Of a DNA stretch of 64,000 nucleotides, positions 51,833 to 60,691 are shown one piece after another. This stretch comes from an uncultured Chloroflexota bacterium. Lineage in GTDB: Bacteria > Chloroflexota > Dehalococcoidia > GIF9 > AB-539-J10. Numbering within the stretch: position 1 is the first letter of the stretch; each line of letters opens with the position of its first letter. The stretch is taken from contig CAISEW010000019.1 in assembly GCA_903884455.1 (NCBI GenBank), positions 31,752 through 95,751 on the forward strand, given 5' to 3'. The position numbers and the translations under genes are program-made. The notes below the pieces were generated by a model. That model ran no database searches. It worked only from the letters and a program-made list of their open reading frames with translations, and was not told where the DNA came from.

Positions 51833-53032
51833 ATGTTTGACTTAATCCCTTCAGGCAGTGTTAGCTCAGCTTCAGGATTTCTGGCTGGGGCGGTGCGTGC
51901 TGGGATAAAGAGCAAAAACGAGCTTGATTTAGCTATTCTTTGCTCCGAAGTGCCCTGCAAGGCTGCCGGCGTTTTTACTACCAACCAGATTAAATCAGCT
52001 CCAGTTGTTTTATCCCAGAGGCATATAGCCAAAGGGCGGGCGCAGGCTATAGTGGTAAATTCCGGTTGTGCCAATGCTTGCACGGGTGGGCCAGGACTGA
52101 CAGATGCCCTAGGAATGGCTAACCTGGCAGCCGCCAAGCTAAGCATATCTCCTGAGGAAGTCCTTGTCGCCAGTACCGGTGTCATTGGCGTGCCCTTGCC
52201 CATGGATAAAATCAGGGCTGGAATTCCCAAGATAAAGCCAACCAGAAGAGGAGGTCACGATTTTTGCCGGGCAATAATGACCACGGATACCAGACCCAAA
52301 GAAATGGCCGTCCAGGTAGATTTGAAAGGTACTAAGTTCACCATTGGTGGAGTGGCTAAAGGGGCGGGCATGATTCATCCCAACATGGCTACTATGCTTT
52401 GTTTTGTCGCCACCGATGCCGTGGTAAACGCTGATTTCCTGCATGCAGCATTACACACGGCGGTGGACGGCTCTTTCAACATGGTAAGTATTGATGGCGA
52501 TACCAGCCCCAGCGACTGTACATTTCTGTTGGCCAACGGCTTAGCTGGTAACGAACCTATTGACTTAGATAATGGCGCCGCCTTTCAGGAAGCCTTAACT
52601 GCAGTTTGCACTCACCTGGCTAAGTCCATGGCTCGGGACGGCGAGGGAGCCACAAAACTTATCGAAGTTATAGTAGAAAAGGCAGAAGACCGGATTTGGG
52701 CTCGCCAGGCGGCTCGGACTATCGCTGGTTCACCGCTGGTGAAAGCCGCCATCCATGGCAACGACCCTAACTGGGGGCGTATCGTGGCTGCCCTGGGGCG
52801 AAGCGGAGCCAGGGTGAGAGAAGAGAGATTGGACGTCTATTTGAACGATGTTCGTGTCATGAAGCAGGGTTCCCCTATCCCCTTCAACAAAGCGGAAATG
52901 ATATCGGCTTTGAGCAACAGCGATAATGTGCTCATAAGGCTGTGCCTCAATTTAGGAGACGGCCAGGCCACCGCCTGGGGCTGCGACCTCTCCGAGGAGT
53001 ATGTTACTATTAACAGTGCGTATACAACGTAA
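51833..53032 (+). CDS. argJ: Bifunctional ornithine acetyltransferase / N-acetylglutamate synthase
   Basis: GFLAGAVRAGIK, the autoprocessing-site region PNMATMLCF, and C-terminal YVTINSAYTT. Start set at MFDLIP. Confidence 0.9.
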   Translation: MFDLIPSGSVSSASGFLAGAVRAGIKSKNELDLAILCSEVPCKAAGVFTTNQIKSAPVVLSQRHIAKGRAQAIVVNSGCANACTGGPGLTDALGMANLAAAKLSISPEEVLVASTGVIGVPLPMDKIRAGIPKIKPTRRGGHDFCRAIMTTDTRPKEMAVQVDLKGTKFTIGGVAKGAGMIHPNMATMLCFVATDAVVNADFLHAALHTAVDGSFNMVSIDGDTSPSDCTFLLANGLAGNEPIDLDNGAAFQEALTAVCTHLAKSMARDGEGATKLIEVIVEKAEDRIWARQAARTIAGSPLVKAAIHGNDPNWGRIVAALGRSGARVREERLDVYLNDVRVMKQGSPIPFNKAEMISALSNSDNVLIRLCLNLGDGQATAWGCDLSEEYVTINSAYTT

Positions 53033-53835
53033 TGCAAAAGGAAATCAAGAAAATCATTGTAGTCAAGATTGGCGGCAGCACCCTGGGCAACCACGATACT
53101 ACCTTGGAAGACCTGGTAGAGCTTCAGAAACAGGGTAAGTCCCTGGTAGTGATTCATGGCGGCGCCAAGGTGACTTCCGAGTGGCTGGCCCGCTTGGGCA
53201 TTCCCACTAGCTTTGTAGACGGGTTGAGGGTTACCGATGCCGAGACCCTGAAGGTGGTGGCTGCGGCGCTAGGGGGTCTGGTCAACAAGGAACTGGTGGT
53301 GGCTATCCAGGCTCTGGGAGGAAAGGCAGTAGGCTTGAGCGGCTGCGACGGCAACTTGCTCTGGGCCAGCGTCAAGAGCCCCGAACTGGGCTATGTTGGC
53401 GAAATTGTTGCCGTTGACCCCACTCCTTTGAAGCTGTTGCTGAACGCCGGCTATATGCCCGTGGTCGCGCCCATAAGTTTCGGCTCGGTCGAAGGCAGGG
53501 TCATGCTGCTTAACGTTAATGGAGATACGGCGGCCGGGGAAATCGCCGCGGCCTTAGCCGCAGAGAAACTGATATTCCTGACCGACGTTGATGGTATTCA
53601 CGATAGCTCGGGGCAGGTGATTTCCAGGCTCAACCTAGCTGAGGCCAGTGATATGCTCGCCTCCGGGGTAGCTTCCGGGGGCATGATTCCTAAAGTAGAA
53701 GCCAGCCTCAGAGCCCTGACTACCACGAAGGTCGTGCGCATCATAGATGGCCGAGCCTCCCATACCTTGCTCCAGGACATCGCCAGACAGGCCCGGCAAA
53801 TTAAATCAAGAGGTACAACAATTGTCTCAGAATAA
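53032..53835 (+). CDS. argB: Acetylglutamate kinase
   Basis: IVVKIGGS, VVIHGGA, NVNGDTAAGEIA and GGMIPKV. Confidence 0.9.
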   Translation: MQKEIKKIIVVKIGGSTLGNHDTTLEDLVELQKQGKSLVVIHGGAKVTSEWLARLGIPTSFVDGLRVTDAETLKVVAAALGGLVNKELVVAIQALGGKAVGLSGCDGNLLWASVKSPELGYVGEIVAVDPTPLKLLLNAGYMPVVAPISFGSVEGRVMLLNVNGDTAAGEIAAALAAEKLIFLTDVDGIHDSSGQVISRLNLAEASDMLASGVASGGMIPKVEASLRALTTTKVVRIIDGRASHTLLQDIARQARQIKSRGTTIVSE

Positions 53836-55024
53836 TTGGCAAGAGCTAGAACAGAAGTTATTTCTCAGAACGATCAATAGGGTCCCCGTGACCTTGGTTC
53901 GCGGTAAAGGGGCTTTGGCCTGGGATGACCAGGGCAAAGAATATCTGGACTTTGTCGGCGGCTGGGCAGTAAACAGCCTGGGGCATTGCCCTCCAGTAGT
54001 AGTCAAGGCTTTAGAAAAGCAAGCTAAAACCTTGATCCAGGCGTCCAACCAGTTTTATACCATCCCGCAGATAGAGCTGGCACAGCTTTTAATTGGGCAT
54101 AGCTGTCTCGATAGAGTTTTCTTTTGCAACAGCGGCGCTGAAGCTAACGAAGGGGCAATGAAACTGGCTCGCCGGTATGGCAAGCTTCGACTCCACGGCG
54201 CCTATGAGATCCTTACTACCTATAGCTCTTTTCATGGGCGGACTCTGGCTATGACCGCCGCCACAGGACAAAGTAAGTTTCAGGAGCCCTACATTCCTCT
54301 GCCTGATGGCTTTATCAACGTGGAATATAACAATGTCGAGGCAATCAAGCGGGCAACCAGTGAGCAAACCTGCGCTGTAGTACTGGAACCAGTTCAGGGA
54401 GAAGGCGGGGTGAACATACCCGGCGATGACTATCTCCAAAAAGTGCAAGACTGGTGTCGGGAAAAGGGAATCCTTTTCATTCTGGACGAAGTCCAGACGG
54501 GCGTCGGTCGGACCGGGACCCTTTTCGCCTATGAGCAGTATGGGGTCGAGCCCGACATAATGACTTTGGCCAAGGGACTGGGCAGCGGCGTGCCCATCGG
54601 CGCTTTCTTAGCCAAGGAAGAGGCCTCCGTCTTTTCTCCAGGCGAGCACGGCTCCACCTTTGGTGGCAACCCGCTGGTTTGTGCCGCCGCTTATGCCACC
54701 CTGAAATATATTATTGACCACAAAATACCGGGAAAGGTTAAACGAGTCGGAAATTATTTCCTGACCAGGCTGGAAAGCCTGAAACAGCAGTTTGATTTTA
54801 TCACCGAGGTGAGAGGTCGGGGACTCCTCATAGCTTTGGAATTTAACCAGGAAATTGCTGAGAAGTTGGTACTGGCTTGTATTGATAGAGGCTTATTGGT
54901 TAACAACGTGAAGCCGAATGCTCTACGCTTTATGCCTCCCCTTATCATCACTGAGAAGGAGGTGGACAAGGCGATAGGCATTTTAAGAGATGTGTTGGAA
55001 GAAATGCGAAATCCTAAACACTAA
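53822..55024 (+). CDS. argD: Acetylornithine aminotransferase; start tentative (TTG 53822)
   Basis: Class-III aminotransferase motifs (FCNSGAEANEGA, DEVQTGVGRTG, TLAKGLGSG with the PLP lysine, STFGGNP). The ORF-track start 53747 overlaps argB by 89 nt. TTG 53822 follows AGAGG. Confidence 0.85.
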   Translation: MSQNNWQELEQKLFLRTINRVPVTLVRGKGALAWDDQGKEYLDFVGGWAVNSLGHCPPVVVKALEKQAKTLIQASNQFYTIPQIELAQLLIGHSCLDRVFFCNSGAEANEGAMKLARRYGKLRLHGAYEILTTYSSFHGRTLAMTAATGQSKFQEPYIPLPDGFINVEYNNVEAIKRATSEQTCAVVLEPVQGEGGVNIPGDDYLQKVQDWCREKGILFILDEVQTGVGRTGTLFAYEQYGVEPDIMTLAKGLGSGVPIGAFLAKEEASVFSPGEHGSTFGGNPLVCAAAYATLKYIIDHKIPGKVKRVGNYFLTRLESLKQQFDFITEVRGRGLLIALEFNQEIAEKLVLACIDRGLLVNNVKPNALRFMPPLIITEKEVDKAIGILRDVLEEMRNPKH

Positions 55025-55239
55025 ATACGAAATGCTAAACAATAACGAAATTCCAATGACCAAAACATGGCGACCTGGAACAATGTCCTTGCCAGGAGCC
55101 CCTCTTCCTGTCATTGCCAATCGCCTCCCTTCCTGTCATTGCGAGGAGCCGAAGGCGACGAAGCAATCTCAAGGGTTTGAATTTAGAACATTTGAACTTT
55201 GAATTTGTTTAGGATTTGGATATCAGGATTTGGGATTTC
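55008..55239. repeat. Composite ~230-nt inverted-repeat element: AT-rich aaatcc/ggattt arms flanking two GTCATTGC units
   Basis: Left arm: gaaatcctaaacactaaatacgaaatgctaaaca... (begins inside the last argD codons). Core: gtcattgccaatcgcctcccttcct + gtcattgcgaggagccgaaggcgacgaagcaatctc (55110-55170). Right arm: ...tgaatttgtttaggatttggatatcaggatttgggatttc. Confidence 0.65.
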
Positions 55240-55256
55240 TCCGAAGGAGGTTAGAA

Positions 55257-56459
55257 ATGTCAGAAAAGGTAGTATTGGCCTACAGCGGCGGTCTGGATAC
55301 CTCCGTGGCCATAAAATGGCTTGCGGAAAAATATAACTTGAAAGTCATCACCCTCACCGTGGATATCGGCAATGTCCCCGACCTTGAAGCTATCAGACAA
55401 AAAGCGCTCAAAGTCGGAGCCATAAAAGCGCTGGTAGTCGAAGCCAAAGAGACCTTTATTAAGTCGTTTGTTTTTCCCGCCCTTCAAGCCGATGCCATTT
55501 ATGAGGGGCAGTATCCCTTAGCCACAGCCCTGGGGCGTCCTCTCATCGCCCGGCTCCTGGTGGAAACAGCTAAGAAGGAAAAGGCGAGAGTGGTCGCTCA
55601 CGGCTGCACAGGCAAGGGCAATGACCAAGTGAGAATTGATGTAAGCGTAGCCGCTTTAGCCCCCGAACTAAAGGTAATAGCCCCAGCTCGGGAGTGGAAG
55701 ATGACCCGGGAGCAAACAATTAAATATGCCCAGTCCCACAAGATTCCTGTGCCCATCACCAAAGCCAGCCCTTATTCCATCGACGAGAACCTGTGGGGCC
55801 GGAGCATAGAATGCGGTGTGCTGGAAGACACCTGGAACGAACCACCCGAGGATGTCTTCCTGTGGACAAAGTCGCCTGAGAAAACACCGGCCCGGCCTGC
55901 TTATCTGGAGATTGACTTTAACAAGGGGATACCGGTAAGCCTGGATGGACGAAAGTTAGAGCCCGTTGCCCTGGTCCAGAAGGTCCATAGTCTAACTGGG
56001 AAGCATGGCGTAGGCCGGATTGACCACGTGGAAAATAGACTGGTGGGCATAAAATCGAGGGAGATTTATGAAGCACCGGCCGCCGTGGTCCTGCTGAAAG
56101 CTCATCAGGCTTTGGAAGACCTGGTACTGACCAAGGGGCAGCTCCGCTTCAAGGCCAGGGTCGCCGCTGAGTATGCCGACCTCATCTACAATGGGCTGTG
56201 GTTTACCGGTATGCGCCAGGACTTAGCCGCCTATGTGGAAAGCACGCAGAGGTACGTCACCGGCACCATAAGGGTAAAGCTCTTCAAAGGTAACTGCCAG
56301 ATAGTGGGTAGAAAATCGCCCTACTCCCTTTACGATTACAGCCTGGCTACTTACGATAAGGGCGATGCCTTCGACCAGAGTGCCTCCCTCGGTTTTATCC
56401 ACATCTGGGGCCTGCCAGTGAGGACCCAGACCAGAGTGCAGCCCGAACCACCCGAATGA
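55257..56459 (+). CDS. argG: Argininosuccinate synthase
   Basis: VVLAYSGGLDTS, HGCTGKGNDQVR and ENRLVGIKSREIYE. ATG 55257 after GAAGGAGG. Confidence 0.95.
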   Translation: MSEKVVLAYSGGLDTSVAIKWLAEKYNLKVITLTVDIGNVPDLEAIRQKALKVGAIKALVVEAKETFIKSFVFPALQADAIYEGQYPLATALGRPLIARLLVETAKKEKARVVAHGCTGKGNDQVRIDVSVAALAPELKVIAPAREWKMTREQTIKYAQSHKIPVPITKASPYSIDENLWGRSIECGVLEDTWNEPPEDVFLWTKSPEKTPARPAYLEIDFNKGIPVSLDGRKLEPVALVQKVHSLTGKHGVGRIDHVENRLVGIKSREIYEAPAAVVLLKAHQALEDLVLTKGQLRFKARVAAEYADLIYNGLWFTGMRQDLAAYVESTQRYVTGTIRVKLFKGNCQIVGRKSPYSLYDYSLATYDKGDAFDQSASLGFIHIWGLPVRTQTRVQPEPPE

Positions 56460-56460
56460 C

Positions 56461-56524
56461 GGTATTCTGGGGACATAATGCCTAATCTATAGCAGGCCCG
56501 ATTGGCGTGGCGTCCCGGGAATTC
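56461..56524. repeat. Palindromic dispersed repeat family 2, full copy (64 nt)
   Basis: ggtattctggggacataatgcctaatctatagcaggcccgattggcgtggcgtcccgggaattc. About 80 percent identical to 63665-63728. It encodes the last ~15 codons and the stop of the minus-strand radical SAM gene. Confidence 0.75.
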
Positions 56525-57504
56525 TCCGGGGAGAAAGGGTGACCTTCTCGCTCAAAATCAGGGAGATACTCTTCTGCTGCCCCCATTTCCTGCACCCAGC
56601 CGTTTTCTATTCCCAGGTCAGTTAGTAGCTGGAGGACCGCTTCATGCTCAGCAACGGTAATCTTCCGAGAAAGCAGTGGTATTCGCAGCGCCCGGTGCAT
56701 CGGCTTGTATTGAGACATTATGCTGACCGTCACCGTGGGAGAAAGCTCCCAAACAAGCCAGGTTAGCGATTCCTCACTGCCTGCCAGACCATTGGGCAGA
56801 ATAAGATGGCGCACTATCAATCCTTTTTGTGCCAAGCCAGATTCATCTACCACCAGGCCTCCAACCTGTCGATACATCTCCTTAATAGCCTGACGAGCCC
56901 GTGCTACATAATCTGGGGCGTGCGAGAACTTCTTAGCCCCCTTGTCAGAGGCATATCTCAAATCAGGCAGGTAAATACTTATGACACCGTCCATCTCTCT
57001 CAGAGAAGCGACAGAATCATAGCCACTACTGTTGTAGACCAGCGGCACTCGCAGCCCTCTGGGCACCGCTTCCACAATTGCCCGCAGGAGCTGGGGAACA
57101 AAATGGGATGGCGAAACGAAATTGATATTGTGGCAGCCCAGTTCATCCTGAAGGTAGAGCATCCTTTCCGCCAGGGTGTGGCAGTCTATTTCCTTGGACT
57201 TTTGCTTTTTCCAGTTCTGACTTATCTGGTAGTTCTGACAATAAACGCATCTCATATTACAATTGCCCAGGAAGACCGTCCCTGACCCTCTGGTCCCTGA
57301 AATAGCTGGCTCCTCACCGTGATGAGCGCACGCCGCCGAGACTATGGGCAGACGCCCTGAATGGCAATAGCCCAGCTCGTTCTGTAATCTATTGACCCGA
57401 CATTCCCTGGGGCAGATATCGCAGGAGGCTAATCGAGCCTCCAGTGCTTGCGCACGACGCTCCAATTCGCCAGAGTGGTATAGCATAACGTATCCTGGTT
57501 CCAT
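56482..57504 (-). CDS. PflX-type radical SAM protein (COG1313-like)
   Basis: 340 aa. CDICPRECRVNR N-terminal Cys motif, and CNMRCVYCQN radical-SAM CxxxCxxC. Confidence 0.8.
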   Translation of the reverse strand: MEPGYVMLYHSGELERRAQALEARLASCDICPRECRVNRLQNELGYCHSGRLPIVSAACAHHGEEPAISGTRGSGTVFLGNCNMRCVYCQNYQISQNWKKQKSKEIDCHTLAERMLYLQDELGCHNINFVSPSHFVPQLLRAIVEAVPRGLRVPLVYNSSGYDSVASLREMDGVISIYLPDLRYASDKGAKKFSHAPDYVARARQAIKEMYRQVGGLVVDESGLAQKGLIVRHLILPNGLAGSEESLTWLVWELSPTVTVSIMSQYKPMHRALRIPLLSRKITVAEHEAVLQLLTDLGIENGWVQEMGAAEEYLPDFEREGHPFSPENSRDATPIGPAID

Positions 57505-57599
57505 AGACGCTGCGAGGCCGTAACTGAACGTGGCACAACTCGCTGACTTACACTTTAGACGGCTGACATGGTGCTGTCAACTTTTCGCCCACCGAAAGC

Positions 57600-57647
57600 G
57601 GTATCCCGGGGACATAATACCTGATTGGTATGGTGTCCCTGAAATTC
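57600..57647. repeat. Palindromic dispersed repeat family 2, short copy (48 nt, lacks a 16-nt internal segment)
   Basis: ggtatcccggggacataatacctgattggtatggtgtccctgaaattc. Confidence 0.75.
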
Positions 57648-57753
57648 TCACGTGCCGCGGATTGTGCAAGGGTGACATGATGCATCACACAATCCACTCT
57701 ACTGCTAAATGCCTGGAGACATGTGCAGCAATATACTGATAGGGGCCGAGGCT

Positions 57754-58452
57754 CTAACCTTCAGCGAGTGCCAGGTTGACTGCTGCTTCGGCATGAAGCC
57801 GAGTAGTATCAAATACCGGAGCATGTATCTCACTGGGTCGGACAAGCAAGGGGAGTTCAGTGCATCCGAGCACAATACCCTCGGCACCATTATTAATCAA
57901 TTTGCTAATAATGTCGGCACAAACACGGCGAGAGGATGCCTTAATCTTGCCCTCACAGAGTTCACTGTAAATAATTTGATGGATAGTATGTATATCATCT
58001 TCTCCAGGCGCAAGCACCTCGATAGCGAAGCGGTCTCGAAGCCTCTCTTGATAGAAATGTCCTTCCATTAAAAACCGTGTACCCAGCAGTCCTATTCGGT
58101 GCAGCTCCCGTTCCCTGACGGCATCGCCAATCACATCAACAATGTGAAGTAGTGGCAGGCCAACTGTCTCTTCTACATCATCAGCAACTTTATGCATAGT
58201 ATTTGTGCAGATTACCAAGAAGTCAGCACCGGCCCGCTTAACAGCATTACCTGCATCAACCAGAATACCGGCTGTGTCATCCCAGCGGCCTTCATGTTGA
58301 GCTCTTTGAATTTCATCAAAATCCAAGTTATAAAGAACCAGGCGGGCTGAGTGAAGACCGCCCAGCCTCTGGGCAACTGACTCATTGATGATTCGATAGT
58401 ACTCCAATGTAGAATTCCAGCTCATGCCTCCGATTAATCCAATGACTTTCAT
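57754..58452 (-). CDS. Aspartate/glutamate racemase-family protein (aspartate racemase-like)
   Basis: 232 aa. IGLIGGMSWNST, and two catalytic Cys contexts (VICTNTMH, VLGCTELP). Confidence 0.85.
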   Translation of the reverse strand: MKVIGLIGGMSWNSTLEYYRIINESVAQRLGGLHSARLVLYNLDFDEIQRAQHEGRWDDTAGILVDAGNAVKRAGADFLVICTNTMHKVADDVEETVGLPLLHIVDVIGDAVRERELHRIGLLGTRFLMEGHFYQERLRDRFAIEVLAPGEDDIHTIHQIIYSELCEGKIKASSRRVCADIISKLINNGAEGIVLGCTELPLLVRPSEIHAPVFDTTRLHAEAAVNLALAEG

Positions 58453-58770
58453 AAGTCTCCTCTCTATATGTCTCAGCTCTGGTTACCAACCAAGACCCTC
58501 TGAAATCTAATATGTCTCGGGCTCGGTTTAGTCATGAATATAACATAATTTGACACAGCCCGTACTCTCATGACTCTAGCTGAACAAATTGAGTAAGCAT
58601 AAATACGAATTGTGTGTGAATGACTTGCAGTGCTCCCAAGGGCAAGAGTAAAATGACCCAGAAACAGCAGAGCACTGGGAAGCCCCCATATTCTCACATG
58701 GTTTTTGATCATATCAGTTTCTTGTGTCGAATAGTCACGGCCTACATAGCTATGGTTAGCCTCAAGGATA

Positions 58771-60213
58771 ATGAAGACAGATAAACCCGGCGAGCTTCAG
58801 GAGACCACCGCACGTCTGGGTACAGAACGCCTGAGCAAGCTGTTCCCCCGCCTAGGTGCGCCCAGCATGGTCTCAATGGTAGCCATGTCTCTCTACATCC
58901 TAGCTGATACCTTCTGGCTGGGCCGGGTCAGCTATGAGGCGATTGCCGCTATAACCATAACGTTTCCGTTCTATGGCGTGGTGGTTGCTATAGGTCTTGG
59001 CTCTGGTATTGGCGCCAACGCGTTAGCATCGCGGCGATTCGGTGAAAGAAACATTGAAGCGACCAACCAGGTAGCCGGCCAGGTTTTTCCTCTGACCGCT
59101 ATCTTCGGGGTCGTTTTCATCATTGCCAGTGTTTTCTTTGCTAAGCCGTTAGCCGCTCTACTCGGGGCCCCGCCTCAGATCATCGATATGACGGCGGAGT
59201 ACCTGGTCTTCTTCGGCTGGGGAATACCATTTATTCTCTTTCGATTCATGACACGTAACGTTTTCCATGCGGCTGGGGATGTCATCAAGCCGATGATTTT
59301 CATCGTTGCTGGCTCTGTGCTCAATGCTGTCCTCGACCCATTCTTGATCTTCGGCTGGGGGCCTTTCCCGGAGATGGGCATCGGTGGGGCTGCCCTCGCC
59401 ACGACGATATCGGGTGGACTCGCTGCTGCAATTGGTTGCTATTATCTGCTGGGGAATAAATCTATTTATCGTTTGAAGCTGCGTCACCTCAAGCCTGACC
59501 TGTCCATCATAGCTCAGATCTATCGTGTGGGGCTGCCCGAGATGCTGATGGACCTTACGGAATCCGTCGTGTTCGTCATATTCAACCAAGTTGTCGCAGG
59601 TTTTGGTTCGGTGGCACTGGCGGCCCTGGGCATCGCATTCCGTGTTGCCGACCTCGCCTTTATCCCTGTTATCGGCCTTGCCCATGCTCTTTTGCCGATT
59701 GTTGGCTTCTGTTTTGGGGCACGCCTCTGGGGGCGCTTGTGGGCGGCAGTCAGGCAAGGCTCGCTCGCTGTTGTGGTGGTATTGACTGTTGTCACTGCAT
59801 TGCTGGAGATTTTCGCTCCACAGGTAATCGCCATCTTCAACAATAGCCCCGAGTTGTTGGCTATTGCCGTACCGGGAATGCGCATTTTCATCGCGGTCCT
59901 CATTCTGGTTGGTCCAGCCATCATGTTTATCATCACCTTCCAGGGACTATCCAAGGGGTGGACAGCCGTTTCTCTTTCCCTGGCGCGTCAGCTAGGTCTC
60001 CTCCTTCCTGCCCTGCTCATTCTGCCTCGCTTAATGGGGCTGAACGGAGCCTGGCTGTCTCTTCCGATTTCAGACGCCGGCGGTGCCATTGTCGCCGGGT
60101 TGTGGCTTTACCGTGAGTACCGGCTACAGAAGCGCAGCGGCATCTGGGATAGTGCCCCAGTCAGCGAGCCCATCCTGGAGTCCGTGCCTACGGACCCGCC
60201 TGCGCCTGATTGA
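58771..60213 (+). CDS. MATE-family efflux transporter
   Basis: 480 aa with about 12 hydrophobic segments and MATE-like duplicated halves. The last codons and the stop derive from a family-2 repeat half. Confidence 0.85.
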   Translation: MKTDKPGELQETTARLGTERLSKLFPRLGAPSMVSMVAMSLYILADTFWLGRVSYEAIAAITITFPFYGVVVAIGLGSGIGANALASRRFGERNIEATNQVAGQVFPLTAIFGVVFIIASVFFAKPLAALLGAPPQIIDMTAEYLVFFGWGIPFILFRFMTRNVFHAAGDVIKPMIFIVAGSVLNAVLDPFLIFGWGPFPEMGIGGAALATTISGGLAAAIGCYYLLGNKSIYRLKLRHLKPDLSIIAQIYRVGLPEMLMDLTESVVFVIFNQVVAGFGSVALAALGIAFRVADLAFIPVIGLAHALLPIVGFCFGARLWGRLWAAVRQGSLAVVVVLTVVTALLEIFAPQVIAIFNNSPELLAIAVPGMRIFIAVLILVGPAIMFIITFQGLSKGWTAVSLSLARQLGLLLPALLILPRLMGLNGAWLSLPISDAGGAIVAGLWLYREYRLQKRSGIWDSAPVSEPILESVPTDPPAPD

Positions 60214-60232
60214 CATGGTGTCCCGGGGATTC
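60205..60232. repeat. Palindromic dispersed repeat family 2, right-half copy
   Basis: cctgattgacatggtgtcccggggattc. It contains the MATE stop codon (cct gat TGA). Confidence 0.6.
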
Positions 60233-60250
60233 GACCCAGCTAGTAGCTGG

Positions 60251-60595
60251 CTATGTTAGTCTCATGGTGATAAACGCCGCTGCTAAATAGGCTGCAACAT
60301 TCACTAGAAGTGACACCACCAAGCCCAAACGAGGCAGAAGAAAAATCACGCCAACGACATAAAGCACCCAGGCAGGCAACAGTACCAGCATACTCTTAGC
60401 ATAAGAAACAGCCGCCCCTGTTCCGCCAGCAAGATATATGGTGCACAGAGTTATTAGGGTAGTACTGGGCAAGAAAGCAATGAAAACAGCAAGCTCACTT
60501 TTTCCTTGACTTCCAAAATAGGTTACGACCGAGACTACAAGTCCGCCGATCACAAAGTATGCTACCAGTAACTTGAGGTCCACGGTGTTTTCCAA
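60251..60595 (-). CDS. Small integral membrane protein (DUF3147/GlpM-like)
   Basis: 114 aa with four hydrophobic segments. TTG start. Confidence 0.5.
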   Translation of the reverse strand: MENTVDLKLLVAYFVIGGLVVSVVTYFGSQGKSELAVFIAFLPSTTLITLCTIYLAGGTGAAVSYAKSMLVLLPAWVLYVVGVIFLLPRLGLVVSLLVNVAAYLAAAFITMRLT

Positions 60596-60691
60596 GTTTG
60601 AGGGTGATTATATCATATAGCCTGGCAAACATGACGGCACAAATTGCCCAATTGCAACAGAGAGCAGTAATGTTTGTTAATACGGGACTGA

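Noticed and set aside
57529-57543. Sigma-54-like TGGCAC-N5-GCTGA
   Set aside because: The -12 element is poor (TCGC rather than TTGC), and there is no plus-strand gene downstream for more than 1.2 kb.
58473-58712. 79-aa minus-strand ORF between the racemase and MATE genes
   Set aside because: It has no RBS and an odd composition, and it lies in the divergent promoter region. It is probably non-coding.
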